A DNA stretch of 32,000 nt from Corynebacterium lujinxingii (GTDB lineage: Bacteria; Actinomycetota; Actinomycetes; Mycobacteriales; Mycobacteriaceae). Position numbers and translations under genes: made by a program. Location of the stretch: the NCBI RefSeq assembly GCF_014490555.1, contig NZ_CP061032.1:2132448-2164447 (forward strand), read 5' to 3'. This document shows, piece by piece, positions 17,522 through 25,623 of this stretch (position 1 is the stretch's first letter; each line of letters begins with the position of its first letter). The notes under the pieces are model-generated. The model was not told the DNA's origin. It ran no database searches and saw only the letters and a list, made by a program, of their open reading frames with translations.

Positions 17522-18911
17522 CCAGTGGTGGGCGCCCGCCTACGGCGCGGCGCTCGTCCTTGCGCTGACCTGGCCATTTCTTGTCCCCGGCGAGGCGTTC
17601 GCGCTGCGCGACATGATGGTCTTCGACCAGATGGCGCTCACCCGCGCCTCGCTCGGCTGGGGTGATCTGCCCGCCCGCAATGTTCCGCAGGACGCGCTGC
17701 TGGGCATCCTGCCCCACCCAGTGCTGTTCCTGCGCGTGTTCATGGTGGCCGCGGCCGCCTGCGCCGCCTGGGCCGGGCACCGCCTGGGCCGCTCCCCGCT
17801 GGGCAAGGCGGCGGCGATGACGGTTGCGGTGTGGAACCCGTTTGTTGTCGAGCGCCTCCTGCAGGGCCAGTGGTCGCTCGCCGCCGCCGCGTGGCTGCTG
17901 CCCCTGGTCGCGTTGCGGCTCCACCCTGCATCCGGCCTAGCACACTGGCTCGCCTCGCTTACCCCCACCGGCGCGATCGCCGCGGCATGCGTGGCTCGCA
18001 GCCCCGTAATCTCCGTGATCACCTGCCTGCCGTGGGTTGTCGCCGGGATCTTCGCCGGCGCCGGCGGCACCTCCTCGGCCGCGTCCGCCGACCTCTTCGC
18101 CCCGCGCGCCGAAGCCTTCACCGGCACCCTCGGCGCGCTCGCGGGCCTGGGCGGGATCTGGAACGCCCACGCCGTGCCCGGCTCCCGCACAGTCGGCTTC
18201 GCCCTGTTCGGCATCGCACTGTTTGCCCTGCTCGCCCTCACGTGGCGCGAGGTTCCCCGCCGCTGGCTCGCGCTTGCCGGCCTGGGTTTTCTGATCGCGC
18301 TGTTGTCCTGGGCGGGTCTGCTCGGGCCGGTGGTCGCGCACGTGCCCGGCGCGGGCCTGCTTCGCGACGGTCACAAGTGGCTCATCCTCGCCATCCCCGC
18401 CTTCGTCGCTGCCGCCGGCGCCCTCGATCCCCGCCGCGCACTGGCCGCGCTGACCTTCGCGCTGCTCCAGGTCCCCGACGCCCCGGTCGCCGTCGCGGCG
18501 CTCACCCCCACCACCGTCGAGGTGCCCGCCATTCACCACCAGGGCCGCGACGTGCTGTTCGAATCTCGCCCCACGCTTGTGCTTATCGGCGACCACCCCA
18601 CCGTCGACCCCGCCCCCAAAGCCTTCAACGTCGTGGAATCCGGGGCGCTCACGGTCGACGGCGTGGCGGTGGATCCGCCGTCGCTGCGCTGGACCGCGGC
18701 GCAGGCCGCCGTCGACGATCCGCAACGCCTGCGCGAGTTGGGCGTCGGGGTTGTGGTGCGGGCGGATGGTGAGGTCGTCGATACGCAAGCGCGCGTGAGG
18801 GGCTGGCCTTGGACGGGCGTCGCACTGTTCGCGCTGTGGTGCATGGTGCCACTGTTGCTATGTGGCATAGATCACAATAAGAGAAGAAAGCGCGCTGACC
18901 AGGGTTTCTAA
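17505..18911 (+). CDS. Polytopic integral membrane protein, possible GT-C-type glycosyltransferase (Rv0226c-like)
   Basis: 468 aa with many hydrophobic segments. The first-loop motif LRDMMVFDQMALTRASLGWGDLPARNVPQDALLGILP parallels the AftD N-terminal loop. The C-terminal LGVGVVVRADGEVVDTQA parallels AftD GVVDTQALRSIGVGAVVVRRD. Overlaps the upstream gene by 17 nt. Confidence 0.6.
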   Translation: MRAAVNQWWAPAYGAALVLALTWPFLVPGEAFALRDMMVFDQMALTRASLGWGDLPARNVPQDALLGILPHPVLFLRVFMVAAAACAAWAGHRLGRSPLGKAAAMTVAVWNPFVVERLLQGQWSLAAAAWLLPLVALRLHPASGLAHWLASLTPTGAIAAACVARSPVISVITCLPWVVAGIFAGAGGTSSAASADLFAPRAEAFTGTLGALAGLGGIWNAHAVPGSRTVGFALFGIALFALLALTWREVPRRWLALAGLGFLIALLSWAGLLGPVVAHVPGAGLLRDGHKWLILAIPAFVAAAGALDPRRALAALTFALLQVPDAPVAVAALTPTTVEVPAIHHQGRDVLFESRPTLVLIGDHPTVDPAPKAFNVVESGALTVDGVAVDPPSLRWTAAQAAVDDPQRLRELGVGVVVRADGEVVDTQARVRGWPWTGVALFALWCMVPLLLCGIDHNKRRKRADQGF

Positions 18912-19081
18912 GAACATTAGTTGGCAGTTCCCCATTAATGGAAAGTTCCAATCGTTGACGTCCTTGCATGATTCACGTTGCCCGGGTTAAAGTGAACGCA
19001 AGATGAACAACAGGTTACACCCCAGGTGTAGCCCCGAGATTTTGAAGGAGCAGATACAGCTTCTGCAAGAGAGGAACAATC

Positions 19082-19324
19082 ATGGCTAACAACATTGATT
19101 TCAGCATCATCCGCGAGCACGCCCTGCGAAACATCCGCGAGGACCTGCTCACCGAGTACGCCGGCAAGTACGACGCGCTCGAGATCAACGATGCGTTCGA
19201 CGCCGTCCTGCGCGCACACAAGAACAGCGCCGTCGTCGAGGACTTCGTCCCGGTCCTCGTCGAGGCTGAGATGCGCGATCGCCTCCGCGAAGGCGACCTG
19301 TTCCCCGCCCCCGCAGCCGCGTAA
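19082..19324 (+). CDS. Three-helix bundle dimerization domain-containing small protein
   Basis: 80 aa. The pattern REHALRNIREDLLTEYAG...INDAFDAVLRAH...VEDFVPVLVEAEMRDRL matches the actinobacterial small-protein / phosphatase N-terminal domain family of that name. GAGAGGA lies upstream of the ATG. Confidence 0.6.
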   Translation: MANNIDFSIIREHALRNIREDLLTEYAGKYDALEINDAFDAVLRAHKNSAVVEDFVPVLVEAEMRDRLREGDLFPAPAAA

Positions 19325-19335
19325 ACGCTGTCGCC

Positions 19336-19369
19336 AACGCCCAGCCTTGTTTTGTGGCTGGGCGTTTTG
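19336..19369 (+). terminator. Rho-independent terminator after the three-helix-bundle gene
   Basis: Stem AACGCCCAGCC (19336..19346) pairs with GGCTGGGCGTT (19356..19366). The loop is 9 nt, followed by a short T-containing tail (TTG). Confidence 0.6.
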
Positions 19370-19487
19370 CTATGTTCGGATGACACTGTCGGTAGCGGAA
19401 ATGCTTTCCGTCACCCAGCGAACGTCAACCCCACGCGCCCGGGGAAAAGGGAGCACTCCTGGCGCCTTGTGGCCGTATCAGGGCTGA

Positions 19488-19504
19488 AGCGGTTCGATTC
19501 CGCT
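19488..19504 (+). other. tRNA T-arm-like element (AGCGG-TTCGATT-CCGCT) with no complete tRNA around it
   Basis: Exact GGTTCGATTCC T-loop consensus flanked by a 5-bp stem. I could not build acceptor, D or anticodon arms from the flanking sequence. Confidence 0.3.
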
Positions 19505-19655
19505 CACACGCACAACGCATGCGGCCTGCACGACGCACACGGGCACAACCCCCACCACAGGGTTGCACCGAGCACGATTTACTACCACGACGTTGGGGGT
19601 TTCGGAAGCGGCCGCGAGGGTCGGGAACGGGGACAGCAACGTCAAGGAGGCACAC

Positions 19656-20108
19656 ATGCTGCTCGCAGAGGCACTGGCGCGCCGCGCCGAGGCGCAGGAC
19701 CGCCTGAACAAGCTGCAGGACCGCCTGGTCCAGGGCGCGCTGATGCAGGAGGGCGACACCCCGCCGGAGGACCCGGCGGACATGCTCGAGGAGGTCGCCG
19801 GGCTGCTGCAGGAGATCGAAACGTTGGTGCGCCGCATCAACCACACCAACGCGAAGACGGCTTTCGAGGGCGCGACGCTTACCGACGCCATCGCGCGCCG
19901 CGACGCCCTCCTGCGCTCCCGTCGTCTCTACGCCGCGGTTGCCGACGCCGCGACGATGTCAAACGCCCGCTACTCACGCTCCGAGGTCCGCTTCGTGCCC
20001 ACCGTGGACGTCAAGGCGCTGCGCGACATGGCCGATAGCGCCTCCAAGGCCTACCGCGAATTGGACACCAAGATCCAGCAGCTCAACTGGACTACAGAGC
20101 TGCAATAA
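19656..20108 (+). CDS. DIP1984 family protein (helical, function unknown; formerly labelled septicolysin-like)
   Basis: Internal ATG of track ORF 19563..20108, with AAGGAGG 5 nt upstream. Product MLLAEALARRAEAQDRLNKLQDRL...INHTNAKT...RYSRSEVRFVPTVDV is typical of the family as I recall it. Confidence 0.75.
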   Translation: MLLAEALARRAEAQDRLNKLQDRLVQGALMQEGDTPPEDPADMLEEVAGLLQEIETLVRRINHTNAKTAFEGATLTDAIARRDALLRSRRLYAAVADAATMSNARYSRSEVRFVPTVDVKALRDMADSASKAYRELDTKIQQLNWTTELQ

Positions 20109-21144
20109 CGCGCGCGAACTTCCGGCCCGTCTCCTCCCAGGAAAACCCCTGCGCCCAGCGCTTGGCGGCCTGCGCCATCGCGCCGCGTCGCTCCAGGGTC
20201 TCGCGGGCTGCCTCGGCGAAATCCTCCCCGTTTGCAACCAATCGGCCGGTTACCCCGTCGCGGATCGAATCCGCCACACCACCCGCGGACGCGTACGCCA
20301 CCGTGGGCACCCCGTGCTGCGCGGCCTCGATCACCGCGATCCCCCACCCCTCCTTCCGCGAGGGCAGCAAGTGCAGCTCGGCGCGCTCGAGCAGCGCGTG
20401 CTTGTACGGCTCGGAAACGTGCCCGTGGAACACCACGTCGTCGCGCCCCGCCGCGTAGGCGCGCAGCTCGTCTTCCCACCAACCCGAGCCGATGATGTCC
20501 AGCACCGCGTTGTCCATCGTCGCCACCGCGTCGATCGCCTCCTCGATGCGCTTATGCGGCACGAGGCGCGAGAGGGTGACCAGGTGGGTGCGGTGGTCGT
20601 CGTGAAGCGTGGGCGTGTGCGCGGGCACCGGGTCGACACCGTTTTCCACGATCTCGATCTCGCCGGCACGCACACCCAACGCCACCAAATCGCGTTTCGA
20701 CGCCTGCGACACCGTCACGTACCGCGCCCCGCGATACACCCGTGGTGCGACCTGCGACTCCAAGAACCAGCCCAACCGGCCAACGATCGGCCCCGCCACT
20801 GGCCACTGCTCCTTGTGGCAGTGGTGCGTGAGCAGTACCACGGGCCTGCGCGTGAACAGGCGGGCGAAAAACGGGATGCCGTTTTGCGTATCGACGACCA
20901 CATCCGGCCGGTTGCGCCAAATCGACAACGGCGCCGCCAAGTACACACTGAACTTTCCGCCGGCCCGCTCGAAGCGCACCCCGCCTCGCCGCGACCGCCG
21001 GGGCGCGTCCGTGTGCTTCGCCGTCCGGTAGATCACCTCGTGGCCCTGCGCCGCCAGGTACTCACCGACGCGCTCGAGGTAGCGCTCCGACCCACCGCCT
21101 TGCGGGTGGGTGGTATCGCGCCAACACAGAAGCAGTATCTTCAC
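20092..21144 (-). CDS. Glycosyltransferase family 4 (GT-B fold, Rv0225-like)
   Basis: Start placed at GTG 21144, giving (M)KILLLCWRDTTHPQGGGSERY. E-x7-E region PSRKEGWGIAVIEAAQHGVPTVAY. The ORF is open to 21192. Confidence 0.85.
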   Translation of the reverse strand: MKILLLCWRDTTHPQGGGSERYLERVGEYLAAQGHEVIYRTAKHTDAPRRSRRGGVRFERAGGKFSVYLAAPLSIWRNRPDVVVDTQNGIPFFARLFTRRPVVLLTHHCHKEQWPVAGPIVGRLGWFLESQVAPRVYRGARYVTVSQASKRDLVALGVRAGEIEIVENGVDPVPAHTPTLHDDHRTHLVTLSRLVPHKRIEEAIDAVATMDNAVLDIIGSGWWEDELRAYAAGRDDVVFHGHVSEPYKHALLERAELHLLPSRKEGWGIAVIEAAQHGVPTVAYASAGGVADSIRDGVTGRLVANGEDFAEAARETLERRGAMAQAAKRWAQGFSWEETGRKFARVIAAL

Positions 21145-21524
21145 GGCGCGATAACCTCCAGCCCGACTTCGCGCGCGGCATCCGCCAGCCACTCGTCGTA
21201 GGTGAGCACCGCATCCGCCTCCAGGTCCAGCGCCGCCTGCAGGTGGATCGCGTCCAGCGTGCGAAGGTATGGCATCGGCAGCATGCTCGCGCTACGAAGC
21301 GTCGCACGGCCCAGGTCCGCGATCGAAATGCCACGCAGAATCAGCGTCGCCTCACCCTGGGGCCTGCCGAGACGCACCGCCAACCGCCGCAACTCGACCT
21401 CGAGCAGATCGGAGGACACCACCTCGCACTCCCCCGCCTCAAGCCACAAGCGTATGGCGTGCGTGTGCGGCTCGGCTTTCAGCAGGCATCCGATGGCGGA
21501 CGTGTCCGCGTAGACCCTGCGCAT
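21141..21524 (-). CDS. vapC: Type II toxin VapC (PIN-domain ribonuclease)
   Basis: 127 aa. N-terminal YADTSA acidic residue plus later conserved acidic positions (SSDLLEVE, TLDAIHL, TYDEWL) fit a PIN fold. Starts 1 nt after the antitoxin stop. Confidence 0.85.
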   Translation of the reverse strand: MRRVYADTSAIGCLLKAEPHTHAIRLWLEAGECEVVSSDLLEVELRRLAVRLGRPQGEATLILRGISIADLGRATLRSASMLPMPYLRTLDAIHLQAALDLEADAVLTYDEWLADAAREVGLEVIAP

Positions 21525-21525
21525 C

Positions 21526-21816
21526 CTAGATGCGTTCCCCGCGCATGTCGTCGAGCATCTCGTCCAGCGGCGCGCCTTCCACGGGCTCCACCGGCAGGTC
21601 CAGCCAGCCGCCGACGCGGGTGGCCGGACGGGTAATCGTCAGCCGCGGTTGTCGCGCCTCCAAGGGGGTCAACCGCCCCACCGGTTCGCCGTTGCTGGTC
21701 ACCACAAAACTGACGCCCGCTCGCACCGCGCGCATGATCTGTGCGGAGTCGTTGCGCAATTCGCGCTGCGATATCCTGCGCTCTACCAGCGATTCATCGT
21801 GTTGCGGCGTGGCCAT
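21526..21816 (-). CDS. Type II antitoxin, Phd/YefM family
   Basis: Internal ATG 21816 of track ORF 21526..21957. The 96-aa product has ISQRELRNDSAQIMRAVRAGVSFVVTSNGEPVGRLTP, typical of Phd/YefM N-terminal domains. Confidence 0.75.
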   Translation of the reverse strand: MATPQHDESLVERRISQRELRNDSAQIMRAVRAGVSFVVTSNGEPVGRLTPLEARQPRLTITRPATRVGGWLDLPVEPVEGAPLDEMLDDMRGERI

Positions 21817-21823
21817 GCACCGG

Positions 21824-21845
21824 AGCGTAGCACGGTTGCTACGGT
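21824..21845. promoter_or_regulatory. Divergent promoter/operator: the palindrome CGTAGCA-N4-TGCTACG overlaps two TANNNT -10 boxes
   Basis: Perfect 7-bp inverted repeat at 21826..21843. Minus-strand TACGCT (21829..21824) lies 7 nt before antitoxin ATG 21816. Plus-strand TACGGT (21840..21845) lies 6 nt before the second methyltransferase ATG (21852). ATGCACCG occurs as a direct repeat at 21815 and 21852. Confidence 0.45.
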
Positions 21846-22592
21846 ATGCGCATGCACCGTACCCGCCGGATGGCCACACTCCGCCGCTCCATGCGGCTGC
21901 TGCGCTCGTTTTCCTACGAGCAATTCCGGCCTCGGGTGTTCTATTCGTCGCTGGCACGCGACACGCGTTTGCTTATCGACGACCTCTCGCGCGACCTTCG
22001 AGACACCCCCGTCACCGGCCAGTCGGTGCTGGACGTCGGCGGCGGCCCCGGCTACTTCGCCGAGGCGTTTTCGGACTGCTTCTACGTCGGGCTCGAACCG
22101 GACGTCTCCGAGATGTCCGCCGCGGGCCTATCGGGCTTCGGCTCCGTGCGCGGCGACGGCACCGCGCTGCCCTTCGCCGACAACTCCTTCGACGTGGTGT
22201 ACTCCTCCAACGTCGCCGAGCACATCCCAAATTGGCAGGCGATGGGCAACGAGACGCTGCGCGTAGCCAAACCCGGCGGCCTGGCGGTGCTTAGCTACAC
22301 CGTCTGGCTCGGCCCCTTCGGCGGACACGAAACGGGACTGTGGCAGCACTACGTCGGTGGGGATTGGGCGCGTCGTCGATACGCGAAAAAGCACGGGCAC
22401 GAACCGAAGAACCGCTTCGGCGACACCCTGTTCGCTGTCTCCGCGCGCGAAGGCCTCGAATGGGCCGAGGCAACCGGGCGGCTTCTCGCCGCGTTCCCGC
22501 GCTACCACCCGTCATGGGCGTGGTGGGTCACGCGAGTGCCGGTGCTCCGCGAGTTCGCGGTATCCAACCTCGTCCTCGTGCTGCGGGGCTAA
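21846..22592 (+). CDS. Class I SAM-dependent methyltransferase (Rv0224c-like)
   Basis: 248 aa. Motif I VLDVGGGPGYF, and a later FDVVYSSNVAEH typical of Methyltransf_11-type proteins. The true start may be ATG 21852. Confidence 0.85.
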   Translation: MRMHRTRRMATLRRSMRLLRSFSYEQFRPRVFYSSLARDTRLLIDDLSRDLRDTPVTGQSVLDVGGGPGYFAEAFSDCFYVGLEPDVSEMSAAGLSGFGSVRGDGTALPFADNSFDVVYSSNVAEHIPNWQAMGNETLRVAKPGGLAVLSYTVWLGPFGGHETGLWQHYVGGDWARRRYAKKHGHEPKNRFGDTLFAVSAREGLEWAEATGRLLAAFPRYHPSWAWWVTRVPVLREFAVSNLVLVLRG

Positions 22593-22622
22593 AAATGCCA
22601 ATTCCCCCACTACGCCACCAAC

Positions 22623-22661
22623 AAAAACTCAAGGCCTGCCGAGTGGCAGGCCTTGAGTTTT
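22623..22661. terminator. Bidirectional rho-independent terminator between the methyltransferase gene and pckG
   Basis: Perfect 13-bp stem CTCAAGGCCTGCC (22628..22640) pairing with GGCAGGCCTTGAG (22645..22657), loop GAGT, flanked by AAAAA on the left and TTTT on the right. Confidence 0.8.
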
Positions 22662-22732
22662 ATTAACAACAGATCTTGTCTGAAGTTTTCCGGTGGCGAT
22701 GCTACAGCATCACCACCGATCCAGGCGAGGAG

Positions 22733-24559
22733 TTAGTTCGAGGCCTCCTGGATGCGCTCGTCGAGCTTCGCCAGCTGGTCGAAGATCTCCTGCGGCACGC
22801 GCGAGCCGAGGCTCTCGAGGTAGGTACGGGAATCCGCGAGGTCTTCCTTCCACAGCTCCGGGTCGGCGGTGAGCGCCTCGCGGACGTCCTCGATCGGGGT
22901 CTCCAGGCCCTCGAGGTCGAGGTCCTCCGCGCGGGCGGTGTAGCCGGCGACGGTCTCGTCAGCCTCGACGTTGCCCTCGATGCGGTCGATGACCCACTTG
23001 AGCACGCGCGAGTTGTCGCCGAAGCCCGGCCACAGGAAGCGGTCGTCGTCGCCACGACGGAACCAATTGACCAGGAAGATCTCCGGCATGCGGTCGCCGC
23101 CCTTCTCGCCCATGTCGAGCCAGTGCTGGAAGTAGTCGCCAACGTTGTAGCCCATGAACGGCAGCATCGCCATCGGGTCGTGGCGCAGAGAACCGACCTT
23201 CGCCTCCGCGGACGCGGCGGTCTGGCCGGACGACAGCATCGCGCCGATCATCGTGCCGTGCTCCCAGTTGTGCGCCTGCGTGACCAACGGGACGGTGTCC
23301 GGGCGGCGGCCGCCGAAGAGGATCGCGTCGATCTTCACACCCTGCCAGTCCTCAAACTCCGGCGCCGCGGACGGGCACTGCACGATGGGCACGCAGTAAC
23401 GGGAGTTCGGGTGCGCGGCCTTGCTGGCGGAGTCCGGGGTCCAGTCCTCGCCGCGCCAGTCGATGAGGTGCTCCGGTGTTTCGCCGTCCATGCCTTCCCA
23501 CCAGACATCGCCGTCGTCGGTAAGCGCGACGTTGGTGAACAGGATGTTGCCCGGCTCCATGCTCTTCATGGCCATCGGGTTGGAGGCGTAGTTGGTGCCC
23601 GGCGCGACGCCGAAGAAACCGTTCTCCGGGTTGACGGCGTACAGGCCATCCTCGCGCAGGTGCATCCAGGCGATGTCGTCGCCAACGACCTCGGCCTTCC
23701 AGCCCGGCAGCGTCGGGGTGATCATGGCCAGGTTGGTCTTGCCGCAAGCCGACGGGAACGCGGCGGCGATGTTGTAGTTCTTCCCCTCGGGGGAGGTCAG
23801 CTTCAGGATGAGCATGTGCTCGGCCATCCAGCCCTCCTCCTTCGCCATCACGGACGCGATGCGCAGGGCGTAGCACTTCTTTGCCAGGATGGCGTTGCCG
23901 CCGTAGCCGGAGCCGTAGGACCAGATCTCCTTGGTCTCCGGGAACTGGGAGATGTACTTGGTGTCGTTGCACGGCCAGGCGACGTCTTCTTCACCCGGCT
24001 CGAGCGGCGCGCCGACGGAGTGGAGGCAGTGGACGAACTTGTCGCCCTCAATCTTCTCCAGCGCCTGGGTGCCCATGCGGGTCATGGTGCGCATGGAGAG
24101 TACAACGTAGGCCGAGTCAGTCAGCTGGACGCCGAGCTTCGGCGCCGGGTCCGAGATCGGGCCCATGCAGAACGGCACGACGTACATGGTGCGGCCACGC
24201 ATGGAACCGGAGAAGTGCTCGAGCATCTCTTCCTTAAGAGCGTCGGGCTTCATCCAGTTGTTCGTCGGGCCGGCGTCCTCTTCGTTCTCGGTCGAGATGA
24301 AGGTGCGGGACTCCACGCGGGCGACGTCGGACGGGTGCGAGCGTGCGAGGAAGGAATTCGGGCGCTTTTCCTCGTTGAGTTTGATCAGCGTGCCGGCGTC
24401 GACAAGTTCCGCGGTCAGGCGGTCCCATTCTTCCTGGGAGCCGTCCGCGAACACCACCTTCTCCGGCTCGAAGAGATCAACCGCCTCGTTGATCCAAGCG
24501 ATGAGCTGCTCGTTGTCGGTGGGGTTTTCCCCCTCCAGGCGCTTGATTTCGGCGGTCAT
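22733..24559 (-). CDS. pckG: Phosphoenolpyruvate carboxykinase (GTP)
   Basis: 608 aa from ATG 24559 (AGGAG 5 nt upstream; the track ORF starts at GTG 24565). Motifs YGSGYGGNA and FPSACGKTN, full-length GTP-PEPCK similarity. Confidence 0.95.
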   Translation of the reverse strand: MTAEIKRLEGENPTDNEQLIAWINEAVDLFEPEKVVFADGSQEEWDRLTAELVDAGTLIKLNEEKRPNSFLARSHPSDVARVESRTFISTENEEDAGPTNNWMKPDALKEEMLEHFSGSMRGRTMYVVPFCMGPISDPAPKLGVQLTDSAYVVLSMRTMTRMGTQALEKIEGDKFVHCLHSVGAPLEPGEEDVAWPCNDTKYISQFPETKEIWSYGSGYGGNAILAKKCYALRIASVMAKEEGWMAEHMLILKLTSPEGKNYNIAAAFPSACGKTNLAMITPTLPGWKAEVVGDDIAWMHLREDGLYAVNPENGFFGVAPGTNYASNPMAMKSMEPGNILFTNVALTDDGDVWWEGMDGETPEHLIDWRGEDWTPDSASKAAHPNSRYCVPIVQCPSAAPEFEDWQGVKIDAILFGGRRPDTVPLVTQAHNWEHGTMIGAMLSSGQTAASAEAKVGSLRHDPMAMLPFMGYNVGDYFQHWLDMGEKGGDRMPEIFLVNWFRRGDDDRFLWPGFGDNSRVLKWVIDRIEGNVEADETVAGYTARAEDLDLEGLETPIEDVREALTADPELWKEDLADSRTYLESLGSRVPQEIFDQLAKLDERIQEASN

Positions 24560-24852
24560 GTGCACTCCTTGTGTAACTGGTTATTCCCAGTGCCGCGGGC
24601 ACTGATCATCCCAATAATCGTTTGGTTTCCCCCAGAGTATCGAAACAGGCGGTCAGATAACCAAAAGTTCAGCCTCCTCAACGACCCGCCGGATATAACC
24701 AGTAGGCGCGAGCACGCCATTCATTTGGAACGGGGGTGAAGCGCTACCCCCGCGGGCGCGTTCGCTTTACGACGACACGGGGGTGGCAAAACATACGCCC
24801 ACCACGGCCCAAAATACTTGCGTTTGACCTGTACATATGGACAATAAACACG

Positions 24853-25623
24853 ATGAATAATTCTGAAAACACGCGCCCGGGCACGGGTGAACTGCCCGCC
24901 GGTCGCCCATTGCAAACCGACTTTGGAACGGGTCTGGATTATCCGCGCCTTGGTTCCGTGACATTTCGTCGCGGCACGCTGACCGACAACCAGGAGGCCC
25001 TGTTCAACGAGCACTGGCCGCGCCTGGGCAAGGTGCTGGCGGAAGGCTCCGACGAGCGCATCGATATCGACGAGTGGTTCGGCCGGAAAGGCCACCCCAC
25101 CATCGTGGAAATCGGCTCCGGCACCGGCACCTCCACCGCGGCGATGGCGCCACTGGAGCAGGACCACAACATCGTTGCCGTGGAGCTATACAAGCCGGGC
25201 CTGGCGAAGTTACTGGGCGCGGTGGTGCGCGGCGGCATCGACAACATCCGCATGGTGCGAGGCGACGGCGTCGAGGTGCTGGCGCGCATGTTCGGCGAGG
25301 AATCGTTGGACGGTGTGCGCATCTTCTTCCCGGATCCGTGGCCGAAGGCGCGCCACCACAAGCGCCGCATTATCCAGTCGGGCACCTTGAACTTGATTGC
25401 CACCCGCTTGAAGCCGGGCGGGGTGCTGCACGTGGCCACCGACCACGCGGATTACGCGGAGTGGATCGATGAACTTGTCGACGTCGAACCGACACTCGAA
25501 TACAAGGGCTGGCCGTGGGAGGCCGCGCCACTGTTGACGGACCGCCAGGTGATCACCAAGTTCGAGGGCAAGGGCCTGGATAAAGAGCACGTGATCCGCG
25601 AGTACCTGTGGGAGAAGAAGTAA
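24853..25623 (+). CDS. trmB: tRNA (guanine46-N7)-methyltransferase
   Basis: Internal ATG 24853 of track ORF 24736..25623. Motifs VEIGSGTG and [15 protein letters not shown]. Same neighbourhood as Mtb Rv0208c. Confidence 0.9.
   Translation: MNNSENTRPGTGELPAGRPLQTDFGTGLDYPRLGSVTFRRGTLTDNQEALFNEHWPRLGKVLAEGSDERIDIDEWFGRKGHPTIVEIGSGTGTSTAAMAPLEQDHNIVAVELYKPGLAKLLGAVVRGGIDNIRMVRGDGVEVLARMFGEESLDGVRIFFPDPWPKARHHKRRIIQSGTLNLIATRLKPGGVLHVATDHADYAEWIDELVDVEPTLEYKGWPWEAAPLLTDRQVITKFEGKGLDKEHVIREYLWEKK

Noticed and set aside
19440-19515. A complete tRNA or tmRNA gene around the T-arm-like element.
   Set aside because: No complementary 5' acceptor strand (it would need GCGTGTG), D arm or 5-bp anticodon stem with a 7-nt loop could be built. 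It is reported only as a T-arm-like fragment.
19939-21201. 420-aa plus-strand ORF.
   Set aside because: It is antisense to the GT4 glycosyltransferase gene, and its product is Arg/Pro/His-rich with no domain.
22676-24739. 687-aa plus-strand ORF.
   Set aside because: It is antisense to pckG, whose identity is unambiguous.
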